Part shown: positions 1-14,867 of the stretch, one piece after another
Layout: every line of letters starts with the position of its first letter
How positions within the stretch are numbered: position 1 is the first letter of the stretch
DNA from: the human T2T-CHM13v2.0 reference genome, Homo sapiens
NCBI RefSeq assembly: GCF_009914755.1
Contig: NC_060925.1
DNA length: 64,000 bases
Strand: one strand, 5' to 3'
Made by a program: the position numbers and the translations under genes
The notes under the pieces: model-generated
Seen by the model: the letters and a program-made list of their open reading frames with translations, nothing else
Told to the model about the DNA's origin: nothing
The model's database searches: none

Positions 1-34
1 TATTAGGTGGAAGGAGAACTGTCCCAAGGACCAT
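1..34 (-). CDS. ABL2: ABL2 (ARG) non-receptor tyrosine kinase, start of alternative first coding exon 1A (continues beyond the left edge of the window)
   Basis: Reverse complement of 1-34 is ATG GTC CTT GGG ACA GTT CTC CTT CCA CCT AAT A = MVLGTVLLPPN(S), matching the recalled N-terminus of ABL2 isoform 1A (MVLGTVLLPPNSYGRDQD...). SET and EIF4A1/SNORA67 retrocopies upstream fit my recollection of ABL2 intron 1. Confidence 0.93.
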   Translation of the reverse strand, partial: MVLGTVLLPPN

Positions 35-520
35 ACCTCTGCCCAGAAGCACAAAAGTTAAACTGTTCTGTGTAAAGAGGAAGTCTTAGAATTCCATTCT
101 CTGACAAGCAATACCACATGCATGTGACATTTACTCATGTACTCAGTGGCCAGAGGGAACCAATAAAATGGTGAGCATTCACAATTCCCAAAGTGGGTGG
201 AGAGTGACCTAAAGGAAAATTTCCAGCAATCCGCAAAAGACTGAGTCAGAATGGAGTTACTTCAAAATCTCTGAGAACACTTTTAAAATGTAAGTAAAAT
301 AAAAACCAACATATATATGTATAACAAATAGCCTAATAATAAAACAATGTAGAAGTTAATATATCTCTATTTTATAGGGAGATGATGAGGTGAGACTAGA
401 GAGAAAAGTTTCCTTGGAGAAAATCTGTTTACAATAAAACACGAAATACACTTTTAAAAGAAAGGAAACGCCTAACAAGACTCATCTTTTACATCACTTA
501 AATAGTTCAAGAAACCACAA
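35..520 (-). promoter_or_regulatory. ABL2: 5' UTR and CpG-poor alternative promoter region of ABL2 exon 1A
   Basis: Repeat-free sequence directly upstream of the 1A ATG. Motifs: AAAGAGGAAGT (74-84, PU.1/ETS-like), CATGTGAC (121-128, E/M-box), GGAAAATTTCC (214-224, Rel-like), TGAGTCA (242-248, AP-1), AACCACA (513-519, RUNX-like). TSS not determinable from sequence. Confidence 0.6.
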
Positions 521-654
521 AGCCAAAGTCAAAGAAATAGCTGTGATCTGATTCATGAGCACAGAAGCCAAGAAATAACTGCCTTTGCTAACAATCTGGC
601 TCTATAGCTTAATAAAGGTTAAAAACATGGCAATATAGTGTTGAAAACTTTTGA

Positions 655-985
<331 letters not shown>

Positions 986-1165
986 TGAGTGTTAAAAGTT
1001 TTTAAAGCAAAAAGCCCAATCTTTGTTAATAAACAGGAACAAAGTTAAAGAAAATTTAAAAACCTGAAAATGATAGTACTTTATGAGAATTAAACTAGTA
1101 AAACCTACAAATAATACATGACTTTAATGTATGATCTACAAAAATAATATTAAAGAGCGTTTGTA

Positions 1166-1502
<337 letters not shown>

Positions 1503-2004
1503 TCACTCAATAAATATTTATTAAGCACCTACTATGTACCAGCCCCTGTTCTAGGTCAATATAAGTAACAGGGTAAGATAATAGGATGACAGGACTGAAA
1601 CAGCCTTAGAGAAAATTGAAAAATAAAATGGTAACTTAACCTTATTAGAGAAAGAATAACTTTAATGTAGGTAATTATTAACTATTTAAAATAACAAAGC
1701 TTATGTTTTCAATAAAATTATCCTTTATAAAGCCAGTACTTTCAACATCAAGGGACAAATAAAAGAGTTAGATGACTAAAGGTTACCACAATTATGACTA
1801 AGAATTTCAAATACCAGATTGAATATCTCATTCTCCGGATTATAGAAAAAAAGGTATGGGAAAGGATCTTCATCATCCACATTCTATCCATATGTAGACT
1901 CTATACCATATGGTTTACTATTTAATCAATAAATCTTCTATTTAAATTACCAATAATTAGTAGTTACATTTTCAATTACTTATAGCATAATTTGGAATAA
2001 AGAG

Positions 2005-2325
2005 GAGATAAATGGATAAACAAAAGGTGGTCTATACATATAATGAAGTATTATTTAGCCATAAAAAGAATGAAATGTTGATCTATGCTACAATGTAGAT
2101 GGGCCTTGAAAATATGATGCTAAGTGAAATAAGCCAGACACATCAAGGCAAATATTATATAATTCTACTTACATGAAATATTTAGAATTTTTCTAGTTCT
2201 GGAAGTCTAGTTCTGCAAATGGATGGCTATACAACATTATGAATATATTTAATCCTACTAAACTGTACATCTACGAATAGTTAAAATAGTAAATTCTGAT
2301 ACTTTGTCATAATTAAAAATTAAAA
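2005..2325 (+). mobile_element. Old L1 (L1MB-like) 3' fragment
   Basis: aaatggataaacaaa...gccataaaaagaatgaa...ctaagtgaaataagccagacac, the L1 3' end signature. Confidence 0.75.
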
Positions 2326-2599
2326 TTACTAAGGTCTCCAAAGGCCTTTTGTTTATGTTATAGCTATCAGTATTTACTATATTTGAAATTAAACCTGAAA
2401 TTTTAATGAGAAATTTGAATACCTATTAATTCTAAAATAACAATAAACCCATTATGTTAATAACATATTTTTACCAAAAAGAAAACTATTTTCAAAAAAG
2501 AATTAAGAAGATAAGAGTAGCATTTTCAGTTTTTGCAAATCTCTTTAATAGGCTGAGGTGGAAAAGTGCATTACTTTAATGAACGTGACAAACTAAGGC

Positions 2600-3400
<801 letters not shown>

Positions 3401-3413
3401 AGCAGCAGTAGCA

Positions 3414-3532
3414 CAGGTTGAGTATACCTTATCCAAAACACTTGAGACCTGAAGTGTTTCAGGTTTAAAATTTTTTCAGATTTTAGAATATGTGCATATA
3501 TATAATGAGATATCTTGAGGTTGAGTCCCAAG
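3414..3532. mobile_element. Tigger4/MER46-type MITE fragment
   Basis: Starts with TIR-like caggttgagtat, followed by gaagtgtttcagg. Confidence 0.65.
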
Positions 3533-3786
3533 TGATATGGTTTGGCTGTGTCCCTACCCAAAATCTCATCTTGAATTGTAATCCCCATAAATCCCTACGT
3601 GTCAAGGGCAGGATCAGGCGGAGATAATCGGATCATGGAGGCATTTTCCCCCATGCTGTTCTCGTGATGGTGAGTCTCACAAGATCTGATGATTTTATAA
3701 GCGTCTGGCATTTCCTCTCCTTGTACTCACTCCATCCTGCCACCCTGTGAGGAAGGTGCCTGTTTCTCCTTTGCCTTCTGCCATGA
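3533..3786 (+). mobile_element. THE1-type MaLR LTR (partial)
   Basis: Begins tgatatggtttggctgtgtccc...atctcatcttgaattgtaatcccc. Confidence 0.85.
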
Positions 3787-4071
3787 GGAAAAAGGAAAGG
3801 AAAAAGATATATCACCCCAAAATATGTCTCTGACATAAAAATTATTTTTGAGCCTAAAGCAATGAATAGGGGAAAAGCTCTCCATATCCTCTTGCTTTTC
3901 TACCTAAAGACAGGATACAAATTCTCCTTTACTGGTGACAACTATAGACTCTTATCAGCCCAGAGATGGCCTGAGCCTGGGAGGTTGAGGCTGTAGTGAG
4001 CCAAGATCACAGCACTGCACTCCAGCCCACATGACAGAGCCAGACCCTGTCTTTAAAAAAAAAAAATTTAA

Positions 4072-5336
<1,265 letters not shown>

Positions 5337-5616
5337 AGCACCATTTTTCCATCAAGTGCTCACTTCATGTTTCTGTGTCACCTTGTGGTAATTCTCACAA
5401 TATTTCAAACTTTTTAATTGTTATCATATCTATTATGGTGATCTGTGATCAGTGATCTTTGATGTCACTACTGTCATTGTTTTGGGGCGCCACAAACTGC
5501 GCCATAGGAGACAGCAAAATTAATCATGACCACTCCACTGATCAGCTGTTTCCCTGTCTCACTCCCTCTCCTCAAGCCTATTCCTTGAGACACAACAATA
5601 CTGAAATTAGGCCAAA

Positions 5617-5924
<308 letters not shown>

Positions 5925-6945
5925 GAAATTAGACCAATTTATAATGGCCTCTAAGTGTTCAAGTGAAAGGAAGAGTTGCATGTCTCTAACTTTAAACCAA
6001 AAAGTAGAAATAAGTTCAGTGGGCAAGAATGTCAAAAGTTGAGATAGGCTAAAAAACTACGTCTCTCGTACAAGTTAGCCAAGTTGTGAATGCAAAGTAA
6101 AAGTTCCTGAAGAAAATTAAAAGTGCTACTCTAGTAAACACAAACATGATAGGAAAGTGAAACAACAGCCTTACTGCTGATATGGAGAAAATTTGAGTGG
6201 TCTGCAAACCAGCCATAACATTCCCTTAAACCAAAGCCTAATCCAGAGCAAGGCCCCAACTCTCTTCAATTCTGTGAAGGCAGAGAGAGGTAAGGAAGCT
6301 GCAGAAGAAAAGTTTGAAGGTAGCAGAGGTTGGTTCATGAGATTTAAGGAAAAGAAGCCATGTCCTTAACATAAAAGTACAAGGTGAAGCAGCAAGTGCT
6401 GATTTAGAAGCTGCAGCAAGTAAGAAAATCTAGCTAAGATCACCGATGAATGTGGCCACACTAAACAACAGATTTTCAGTGTAGATGAAACACCCTTCAA
6501 TTGGAATAAGATGACATCTAGGACTTTCATAGCTAGAGAGGAGAATGTCTAGCTTCAAAGGACAGGTTGATTCTCTGGTTAGGGGTGAATGTTGCTGTTG
6601 ACTTTAAATTGAAGCCAATGCTCATTTGCCATTTTGAAAATCCTAGGACCTTTAAGAGTTACACTAAATCTATTCCACTTATGCTCTATAAATGGAACAA
6701 CAAAGCCTGAATAAGAGCACATCTATGTACAGCATGGTTTAGTGAATATTTTAAGCCCACTGTTGAGACCTACAGCTCAGAATAAAAAAGATTCCTTTCC
6801 AAATATTACTGCTCATTGATAATGCACTTGGTCACTTGGTACATTTAATGATATGTTGTTTTCATGCCTGTGAACACAACATCCATTCTGCAGCCCATAA
6901 ATCAATGAGTAATTTCAAGTCTCATTACTTAGGAAAAACATTTTG

Positions 6946-7242
6946 GGCCGGGCATGGTGTCTCATGCCTGCAATCCCAGTACTTTGGGAGGCCAGGGTGG
7001 GAGGGCTGCTTTAGGCCAGGAGTTCAAGACCAGCTTGGGCAACATAGTGAGACCCCATCTCTAAAAAAAAAATTTTTTTTTTCTAATTATCCAGGCATGG
7101 TGGCGCACACCTGTAGTCCCAACTATTAGGGAGGCTGAGGTGGATCACTTGAGCCCAGGAGGTCAAAACTGCAGTGAGCCATGGTACACTGTACTCCAGC
7201 CTGGGCAGCAAAGCAAGACCCCGTCTCAAAAATGAAACAAAA
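6946..7242 (+). mobile_element. Alu (AluJ-type) in Tigger1
   Basis: Diverged Alu with ggatcacttgagcccaggagg; TSD aaaacatttt. Confidence 0.9.
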
Positions 7243-10200
7243 CATTTTATACAGTAATAGCTGCCACAGTCAGTTCTCTGATGGATCTGTTAAAATCAAT
7301 TGACAACCTTTTAGAAAGGATCTACCATTCTAGATGCCATTAAGAGCATTCATCATTCATGGGAAGAGGTCAAAATAGCAACACTAACAAGAGTTTGGAA
7401 TAAGTTGATTCCAATCTTCATGCATAACTTTGAGGAGTTCAAGACTCCAGGGGAGAAAGTAATTGCAGATGTGGTGGAAACAGCAAGAGAACTAGAATTA
7501 CAAGTGGAGTCTGAAGATGTGACTGAATTGTTGCAATCTCATGACAAAACCTGAACGGATGAGGAGTGGCTTCTTATGAGTGGGCAAAGAAAGTGGTCTC
7601 ATGAGATGGAATCTATTCCTGGTAAAGATGCTGGGAATACTGTTTAATTATGACAAAGAATTTGGACTATTACATAAACTTAGTTTGCAGCAGCAGGATT
7701 TGAGAGGATTGACTCTAATTTTCAAAGAAGTTCTACTGTAGGTAAAATGCTGTCAAAAAGCACTGCATTCTACAGAGAAATCTTTCATGAAAGAAAGTGT
7801 CAACGGATTTGGTAAACTTCATTGTTGTCTTATTTTAAGAAATTGCCACAGCCACCCCAACTTCCCAACTTCCCAACTTCCAGCAACCACCACCCTGATC
7901 TCAGCAGCCATCAATGTTGGGGCCAGGCCTTCCACCAAAAAAATGATTTGCTGAAGTCTCAGATGATCATCAGCATTTTTTAGCAATGAAGTATTTTTTA
8001 ATTAAGGCATGTCCTTTTTTAATAGACATAATGCTAATTACACACTTAGTAGACCACAGTATAGCATGAACACGACTTTTATATGCACTGGGAAACAAAA
8101 AAAAAATTGTTTGACTCATTTTATGGTGATACTCACTTCATTGCAGTGGCATGAAACCAAACTTGCAATATCTCCAAGGTATGACTATAGTTAAAGAGGA
8201 TAGTTCCCTACCTCTCATACACTCACATTCACAAAAAATCAAGATGGCGTTTTAATCAGAACTATGCTTATCCTCCCCCTCTGTGTATTCAAATCCTATA
8301 TTTCTTTCAAGGTATAGTTTAAGTTCCTAGATTCTCCTTGAACCTGACCTCTGGTCATTTCAGATTAAGTAATCTCTTCCTTTGCCTAAGCTCAAAGCAC
8401 CCATTGCCTAAAATAGCAATTGTTATACTAATATGGGACATCCTCTATACTATATTTAATATAATTTATACATCCTGTTTTTATGTCTTTTTTTCTCAAG
8501 TTTCTGTAGGTACAGAATCAATGCTTCCAATGAAGTCAGCAGAGTGCTTTGCTAATAATTGACAAAAAAAGGATTAACTCATTTTAAAAATCCAGTACGT
8601 ATGAGACTTCTTGCCACAAAAAGTAAAAGCTGTAACAGCATTTTTCTCTTTTTCTCCATCAGTATTTCTCAACTTTTTTTTCATAACCATTACTCTATGG
8701 AATAAAATTAAATTTAAGTAACTATAATTCATTGATTTAATTTAATTCAATTTCTCCCTAACAAGAGAAATTAAATGCTGAAATGATAAAATTCTTTACC
8801 GTAGCATTGAGCTTTGGAGGATCACAAACCATTGTAACTATCTAAGTTGTTATCACCCCTGTTGAAAATGCATGCTCTATACCTATCTAAACCATATACT
8901 TAAAGGTTCAAACAGGATGCATTTGCTCCTGGTAGAGTAGGAGCCTTTTCTGATTATGTAACCATAGGTATCAACCTACTGGATTCAAAGTCTTCTATTA
9001 CAGATAAAGGAAGAGCACATTTTTCTAAGCAGAAAAAAACAATATAAACAAAGACATGGCAGGGAAAGGTAGTCCAAATTCAAGGCCAGATCAAGATGTG
9101 GAAACCTGGGTAGGCTAATAATTAACACTTCTTCAAACCAGTACCAAATGTGTGTTCAACATTTACTCAGGGAGAAGCCTGAAGTTTACATTATACCTCT
9201 GCTCTGGTCCTGAAGAATTCACCTTTGTCCCTAACTTGGAGTCTTGATTCAGCTAAAAGCCCTGCAGTTAATCAGAATTACTGACCTCAAGTGTCAGTTT
9301 GGCATGTCCTTTGGTGGTCTCACACACTAGCCCAAACTGCTTATGAAAATATTTCCCAAAGCTACATAAAATACCTTCTCTGAGAGTATTTTTAGTAAAC
9401 CATTTCTTCATCTTGTTACATTTCCTGTGAACCTTCAGAAACCAACTCCCTGAAGAGGAGCTCAGGTGGTACTTTCCTTAATCCAGCTCACTGAGTTTTT
9501 TGCATGATGAATTTGGCCTGATTAGAGAGATGACTGTGTGTGTGCATGTGCATGTGTGCGTTTGTGTTTGTGTGTAAGTAAATAAAATAAGGTGAAATAT
9601 ATGTGGGCCAAATGACATGTTCTTGACATTCAGACAAAAGAATTCAGACTTATCACAGTAAGCAACAAGGAATCATTCTAGGTTTGTGAGTAGTAGCAGC
9701 ACAATGTGCTACTTAAAGAATACTGATCTATAAGACTTCTCATAGACCACCTGAAGTTGCAGAGAATAACTAAAAGTCTGCTGCAGAAAACTAAAGTGAG
9801 ATGATAAGGGCCTGGCCACAGAATGGAGAACAGACAGATTCAAGAAATCTTTTGGAGAAGGGATTTGATAATTATCTGGAAATAAAGGATATCGGAAAGG
9901 AAACAAATATTAAATCTCTGGTTTGGAGCAAAATGAATATAAAGTAACACCCAGATATCAAAGAAAGAGTTGCAAGAACAAGACTAGAATGTAAGTGGGG
10001 TATTTCCATTAAGGACACAAATTCAGAAGTAATAAACATGGCTCAACATTTTACAGAAAAAAAAAGGAAGTTATTAGCATTCAAAAACATTTTTATCAAT
10101 GAAAAGAGTGGCAATAATTGTAAGATTTTATACTCAATTTCTGAAATACTTTCTAAACCAAAATAATACATTTCTGGATGGTGCCGGATAACAGAAATTT

Positions 10201-10299
10201 CTAACCTCATTACTCTTTCCTGTTCATTTCGTACATCCTCCCTAGGTGAAGTCATTCACATACAATTCTTTCAGTTATAAACTCTAGGCTATTGGCTCC

Positions 10300-10772
10300 T
10301 GTATTAGTTTCCTGCAGCTCCTATAACCATATACTAGATGGCTTAACCCAACAGAAATGCATTCTCTCATAGTTTGGGAGGCCGGAAGTCTGAAATGAGC
10401 AACACTGGGACAAAATAAAGGTGTCAGCGGGAGACTCCAAGGAGAATCCATTCCTTGCCCCTTCCAGCTTCTAGTGGCTGCCAACATTCTTTGGCTTGTA
10501 ATCCAACCCATCGTCAAGGCCAGGATCTTCAAATCTGTCTCTGTTCCAGGTTCACATTGCCTTCTCCTATGTGTGTGTGAAATCGCCCTCTGTTACACGT
10601 GATGGCATTTAGGGTCCAACTCAATAATCCAGGATAAGCTCCCCATCACATGTATAAAGACCAAAAATTCCCCCCACCTGCAACTTTATTTTTGCTATGA
10701 GAGGTAACATTCATAGGTTCCAGGGATTAGGACATGGATATCTTTTGAGGGGGTACTTTTCAACCTACCATA
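10300..10772 (-). mobile_element. MLT1-type MaLR solo LTR
   Basis: tgtattagtttcct...tctctcatagtttgggaggccggaagtc...ggagaatccattccttgcc...ttaggacatggatatctttt. Confidence 0.8.
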
Positions 10773-11964
10773 GCTCCCAAATGTCACCAGCCCAGAACAT
10801 TTTCCTGATTAACAGATTGCCTGATTCCTATAGCCTATGGATAAGTAGATACCTTTGGATATCCTAAAGGCAACAAAAATCCATTTTGTTCCTACTCCTG
10901 GTTTGTTTCTCTTCTGTTTCATGTACATGTACATGTGTATGTTTTGTTGTTGCTAATGGCATATCCAGGCATCCAACCCAGAAACATCATGATCATTCTA
11001 GAGTCCTCTTTCTTCCCTAATTCACTCTATGAGTATATCCTATGAATCATACCTCTTAAATATCTCTCAAACCCATCCGTTCCTCTTCATTTGGTACCAT
11101 TATCTTAATTCAGCTCCTCATTATTTCCTTGCCTGAACTGCTACAACATTCATTTATCACATTATGGCCAAAAACCAACTGCCCAAAAGTATAAATAATC
11201 CCCACAAGTTCCCCAAGTCAAATAGCTAAGTTTTCAAAGTTCAAATACTTCAGAAATTTATTCCAATGAGTTTGTGATTTTTAAATGTTACACTTAATTA
11301 TGTGTCGGTCTTTATGAAATACATGTTCCACGTCTCCTCTCTCCTCACCCAGCTCTTCATTCTTCTCACAAGGATCAAACAGGATCTTGTCTTTCGACTC
11401 TATCCTCAAGGAAATAGAGGACTTGCTATAATTTATTATATTCGGAAACTCTGACTGAGCCACATATTGTGTCTACTGTGTTTTCCTCCTGCCTCTTATT
11501 AAAAGTATGGCCCTTTCATGCAACTAGAAAGGTAAGATCTCTAATTCGGTCCTAACCAATTATGTTTCTTCACCGGGGCTTGAGGCCAAACCTACTGCTG
11601 ATGATAGAAAGTGTAATCCTGCCTTACTTAGTACCATGTGCAGATTTCATCCTTGAAACAGAATACTGGCTGAAGGACTGACCTATGGTAGAACACAGGG
11701 ATTCTTGTGTTCTGGCCAAAAGAACCTCTTAATATCATCTCCCTAATAGCATCCCTTCTCATTATTTATTAGATTATTATTTGCCTTCTTATTGAAGGTA
11801 TAGGTGTTCTGAGATAATTATTACGGTATTCACATTTGGGAAAGACTCATCTTTAAACAGCTGTTAGCATTTGACAGTATGATCACGGATTTTCCTCTGT
11901 ATTTAATCACTGTACCTTGCACATAGCAGCCCCAAGTACTTCTGATATACTGTAATTTATAACA

Positions 11965-12136
11965 TCATTACCTACAGCCCTGAAAGACAGGCATTATTAT
12001 CATAACTTACAAATACTTGGAAATGTCAATTAACTTGTTCAAGTCCCAAAGCTAGTTGGTGTAACCAGGATTCAAAACACTAGGTCTTTTCTAATTCCAA
12101 AGCCCATGCTCTTTTCACTATACCAGGCTGCCTCTC
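11965..12136 (-). mobile_element. MIR
   Basis: taacttgttcaagtcccaaagctag...ggattcaaa...ccaaagcccatgctctt. Confidence 0.65.
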
Positions 12137-12443
12137 TAATGCAATAGAGAGTGGTACAAAAAGAACTGGAAAAGTCCTTTTCTTATCTTCTGGTGAAGAC
12201 TTTGAAAACAGCCAGGCCCCAAAGTCGGCTGATCTTGATTCATCTGCCTATACACGTGATGATATTTAAGAGTTAAACCTAACAGACTAATCGGAACGAT
12301 ATGCATGTGCTTACCAAACAATCCATTTCATCAAAGGAAACTGGAAATGTCTGCCATTTACTCCCAGCAACAGGGTAATCACAAATTTTTCCAAAGTGAA
12401 TGCACAATGACTCAGAGAACAGTTTTTAAAATTTATACAGCTC

Positions 12444-12748
12444 GGCCAGGCGCGGTGGCTCACACCTGTAATCCCAGCACTTTGGGAGGCCGAGGCAGGC
12501 GGACTACCTGAGATCAAGAGTTTGAGACCAGCATGGCCAACATGGTGAAACCCGTCTCTATTAAAAATACAAAAAAATTAGCCAGGCGTGGTGGCATATG
12601 CCTTTAGTCCCAGCTACTCAGGAGGCTGAGGCACAAGAATCGCTTGAACCTAGGTGGCAGAGGTTGCAATGAGCCGAGATCGGGCCACTACACTCCAGTC
12701 TGGGAGACAGAGCAAGACTCCATCTCAATTAAAAAAAAAAAAAAAAAA
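12444..12748 (+). mobile_element. Alu (AluS-type)
   Basis: Alu consensus; TSD ...tatacagctc. Confidence 0.95.
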
Positions 12749-13588
12749 TTATACAGCTCATGCCAGAACTTAGAATCCATCCAAAAAAAATAACTTTTTC
12801 TCTAGTATGACTGGACAATTTCCATCTCTTCTTGGAACAACCTTATTTGGACCAAAAATTGAATACACAGTGTCCTTCCCTTTGGTTTTTCCTCAAAAAA
12901 AGGATGAGCTGAACAAAAATCTTCCCTAATATATGGCTCACCTCACAAACATCTCACCAAAAAAGACAATGTATGTGTGGGTATTCATTAGGAAATATTT
13001 CTTATAAAGTTTCCCTAACCTTACTCTTTTAGGACACCTGTCACTGTACTGTAGATAATGTACTAACATAACAAGCTTTTCATATGATGTTAAAAATAAA
13101 AAACAAAACAAAACAACAAAAAAACAGGTTCTTCTTGTTTCAGACCTGCGGAGCTAGTTCTCCAATATTTATGAAGAGGTATGTCTATATGTATATACAC
13201 TCCCTACATATATTTGGGTACTGGCTGCAAGCTATTTCCTACTGGCTGAACTCAAACTGCCTTAACCAAGAGAAACAAAGCACCTATTCACTACCCTTAT
13301 TTCAGCAGCTACTGGCTACCCAAAGCAATAGAATTCTGATCCTCCATATAGAATGTGTTAGAAGTAAGAAGGAGAAAAACCATACTTGAAATTACAAAAT
13401 TTTGGTTTAGGACACACTAATATAGTTTTGTTGTTGCTCAAATAATTTATAAAAGCATGCTCAGGATTCAGTCCCTGTGCTTTCACTGCTGAACATCATT
13501 TTTCTCCAGCTTCAAACAAGACTATCATGGAAGTTACAAAAGCACTGGAAATTTTTCATTACATACCTTAGTTAATAAAACTTTACTA

Positions 13589-13929
<341 letters not shown>

Positions 13930-14082
13930 ACTCTATTAAATTAATTTTTAATAGATGCTCTGTCAGTATCAAACAGTGAATGACTCACAATAAAGCTCAT
14001 TGTTATCGCTGGCTTTATTTATGAGAGGTAAAAATCATGCAGCAGCAACAACTCTGCTTTAACTCCACCACCACTACCAATA

Positions 14083-14608
14083 CAGGTTGAGTATTCTTAA
14101 TCCAACAACCTAAAATGCTCCAAAATCTGAAACTTTCTGTGGACTGACATGACACTCAAGGAAAATGTTCACTGGAGCATTTAGGATTTTGGATATTCAA
14201 ATTAGGGATACGGTCTGGGCACAGTCACACCTATAATCCCAGAACTTTGGGAGGCTGAGGCAAGCAGATCACATGAGGTCAGGAGTTCGAGACCAGCCTG
14301 GCCAACATGGTGAAACCCTGGTCTCCACTAAAAATACAAAAAATTAGCTGGGCCCGATGGCGTGTGCCTATAATCTCAGCTACTCGGTAGGCTGAGGCAG
14401 GAAAATCACTTGAACCCGGGAGGCGGAGGTTGCAGTGAGCCAAGATCATGCCACTGTACTCCAGACTGGGTAACAGAGGGAGACTGTCTCAAAAAAAAAA
14501 AAACTTAGGAATACTGAACTGGTATGCAAATATTCCAAAATCTGAAAAACATCCAAAATTCGAAACACTTTTGGTCCCAAGCATTTCAAATAAGGGATAC
14601 TTAGCCTG
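14083..14608. mobile_element. Tigger4/MER46-type MITE split by an Alu (14212-14503, plus)
   Basis: TIRs caggttgagtat ... atacttagcctg with flanking TA; Alu inside. Confidence 0.82.
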
Positions 14609-14704
14609 TAATGTCTTTCTAGTGCACTAGTCCATTGATCAGGTAGGAGGGAGTGAGGAAAGAAAGGCCCTTTAAAGTTATCCAAAAGACAAATTACAGA
14701 ATCT

Positions 14705-14867
14705 TTTTTTTTTTTTTTTTGAGACAGAGTCTCGCTCTGTTGCCCAGGCTGGAGTGCAATGGTGCAATCACGGCTTACTGCAGCCTCATACTCCTGGCCT
14801 CAAGCGATCCTCCTGCGTCAGCCTCCCAAAGTGCTAGGATAACAGGCATGAGCCACTGCACCTGGCC
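14705..14867 (-). mobile_element. Monomeric or internally deleted Alu
   Basis: About 165 bp carrying both Alu termini; TSD caaattacagaatcttt on both sides. Confidence 0.88.

Noticed and set aside
5940-7800. Active or domesticated Tigger transposase
   Set aside because: No long ORF in the six-frame track; interrupted by Alu and multiple stops.
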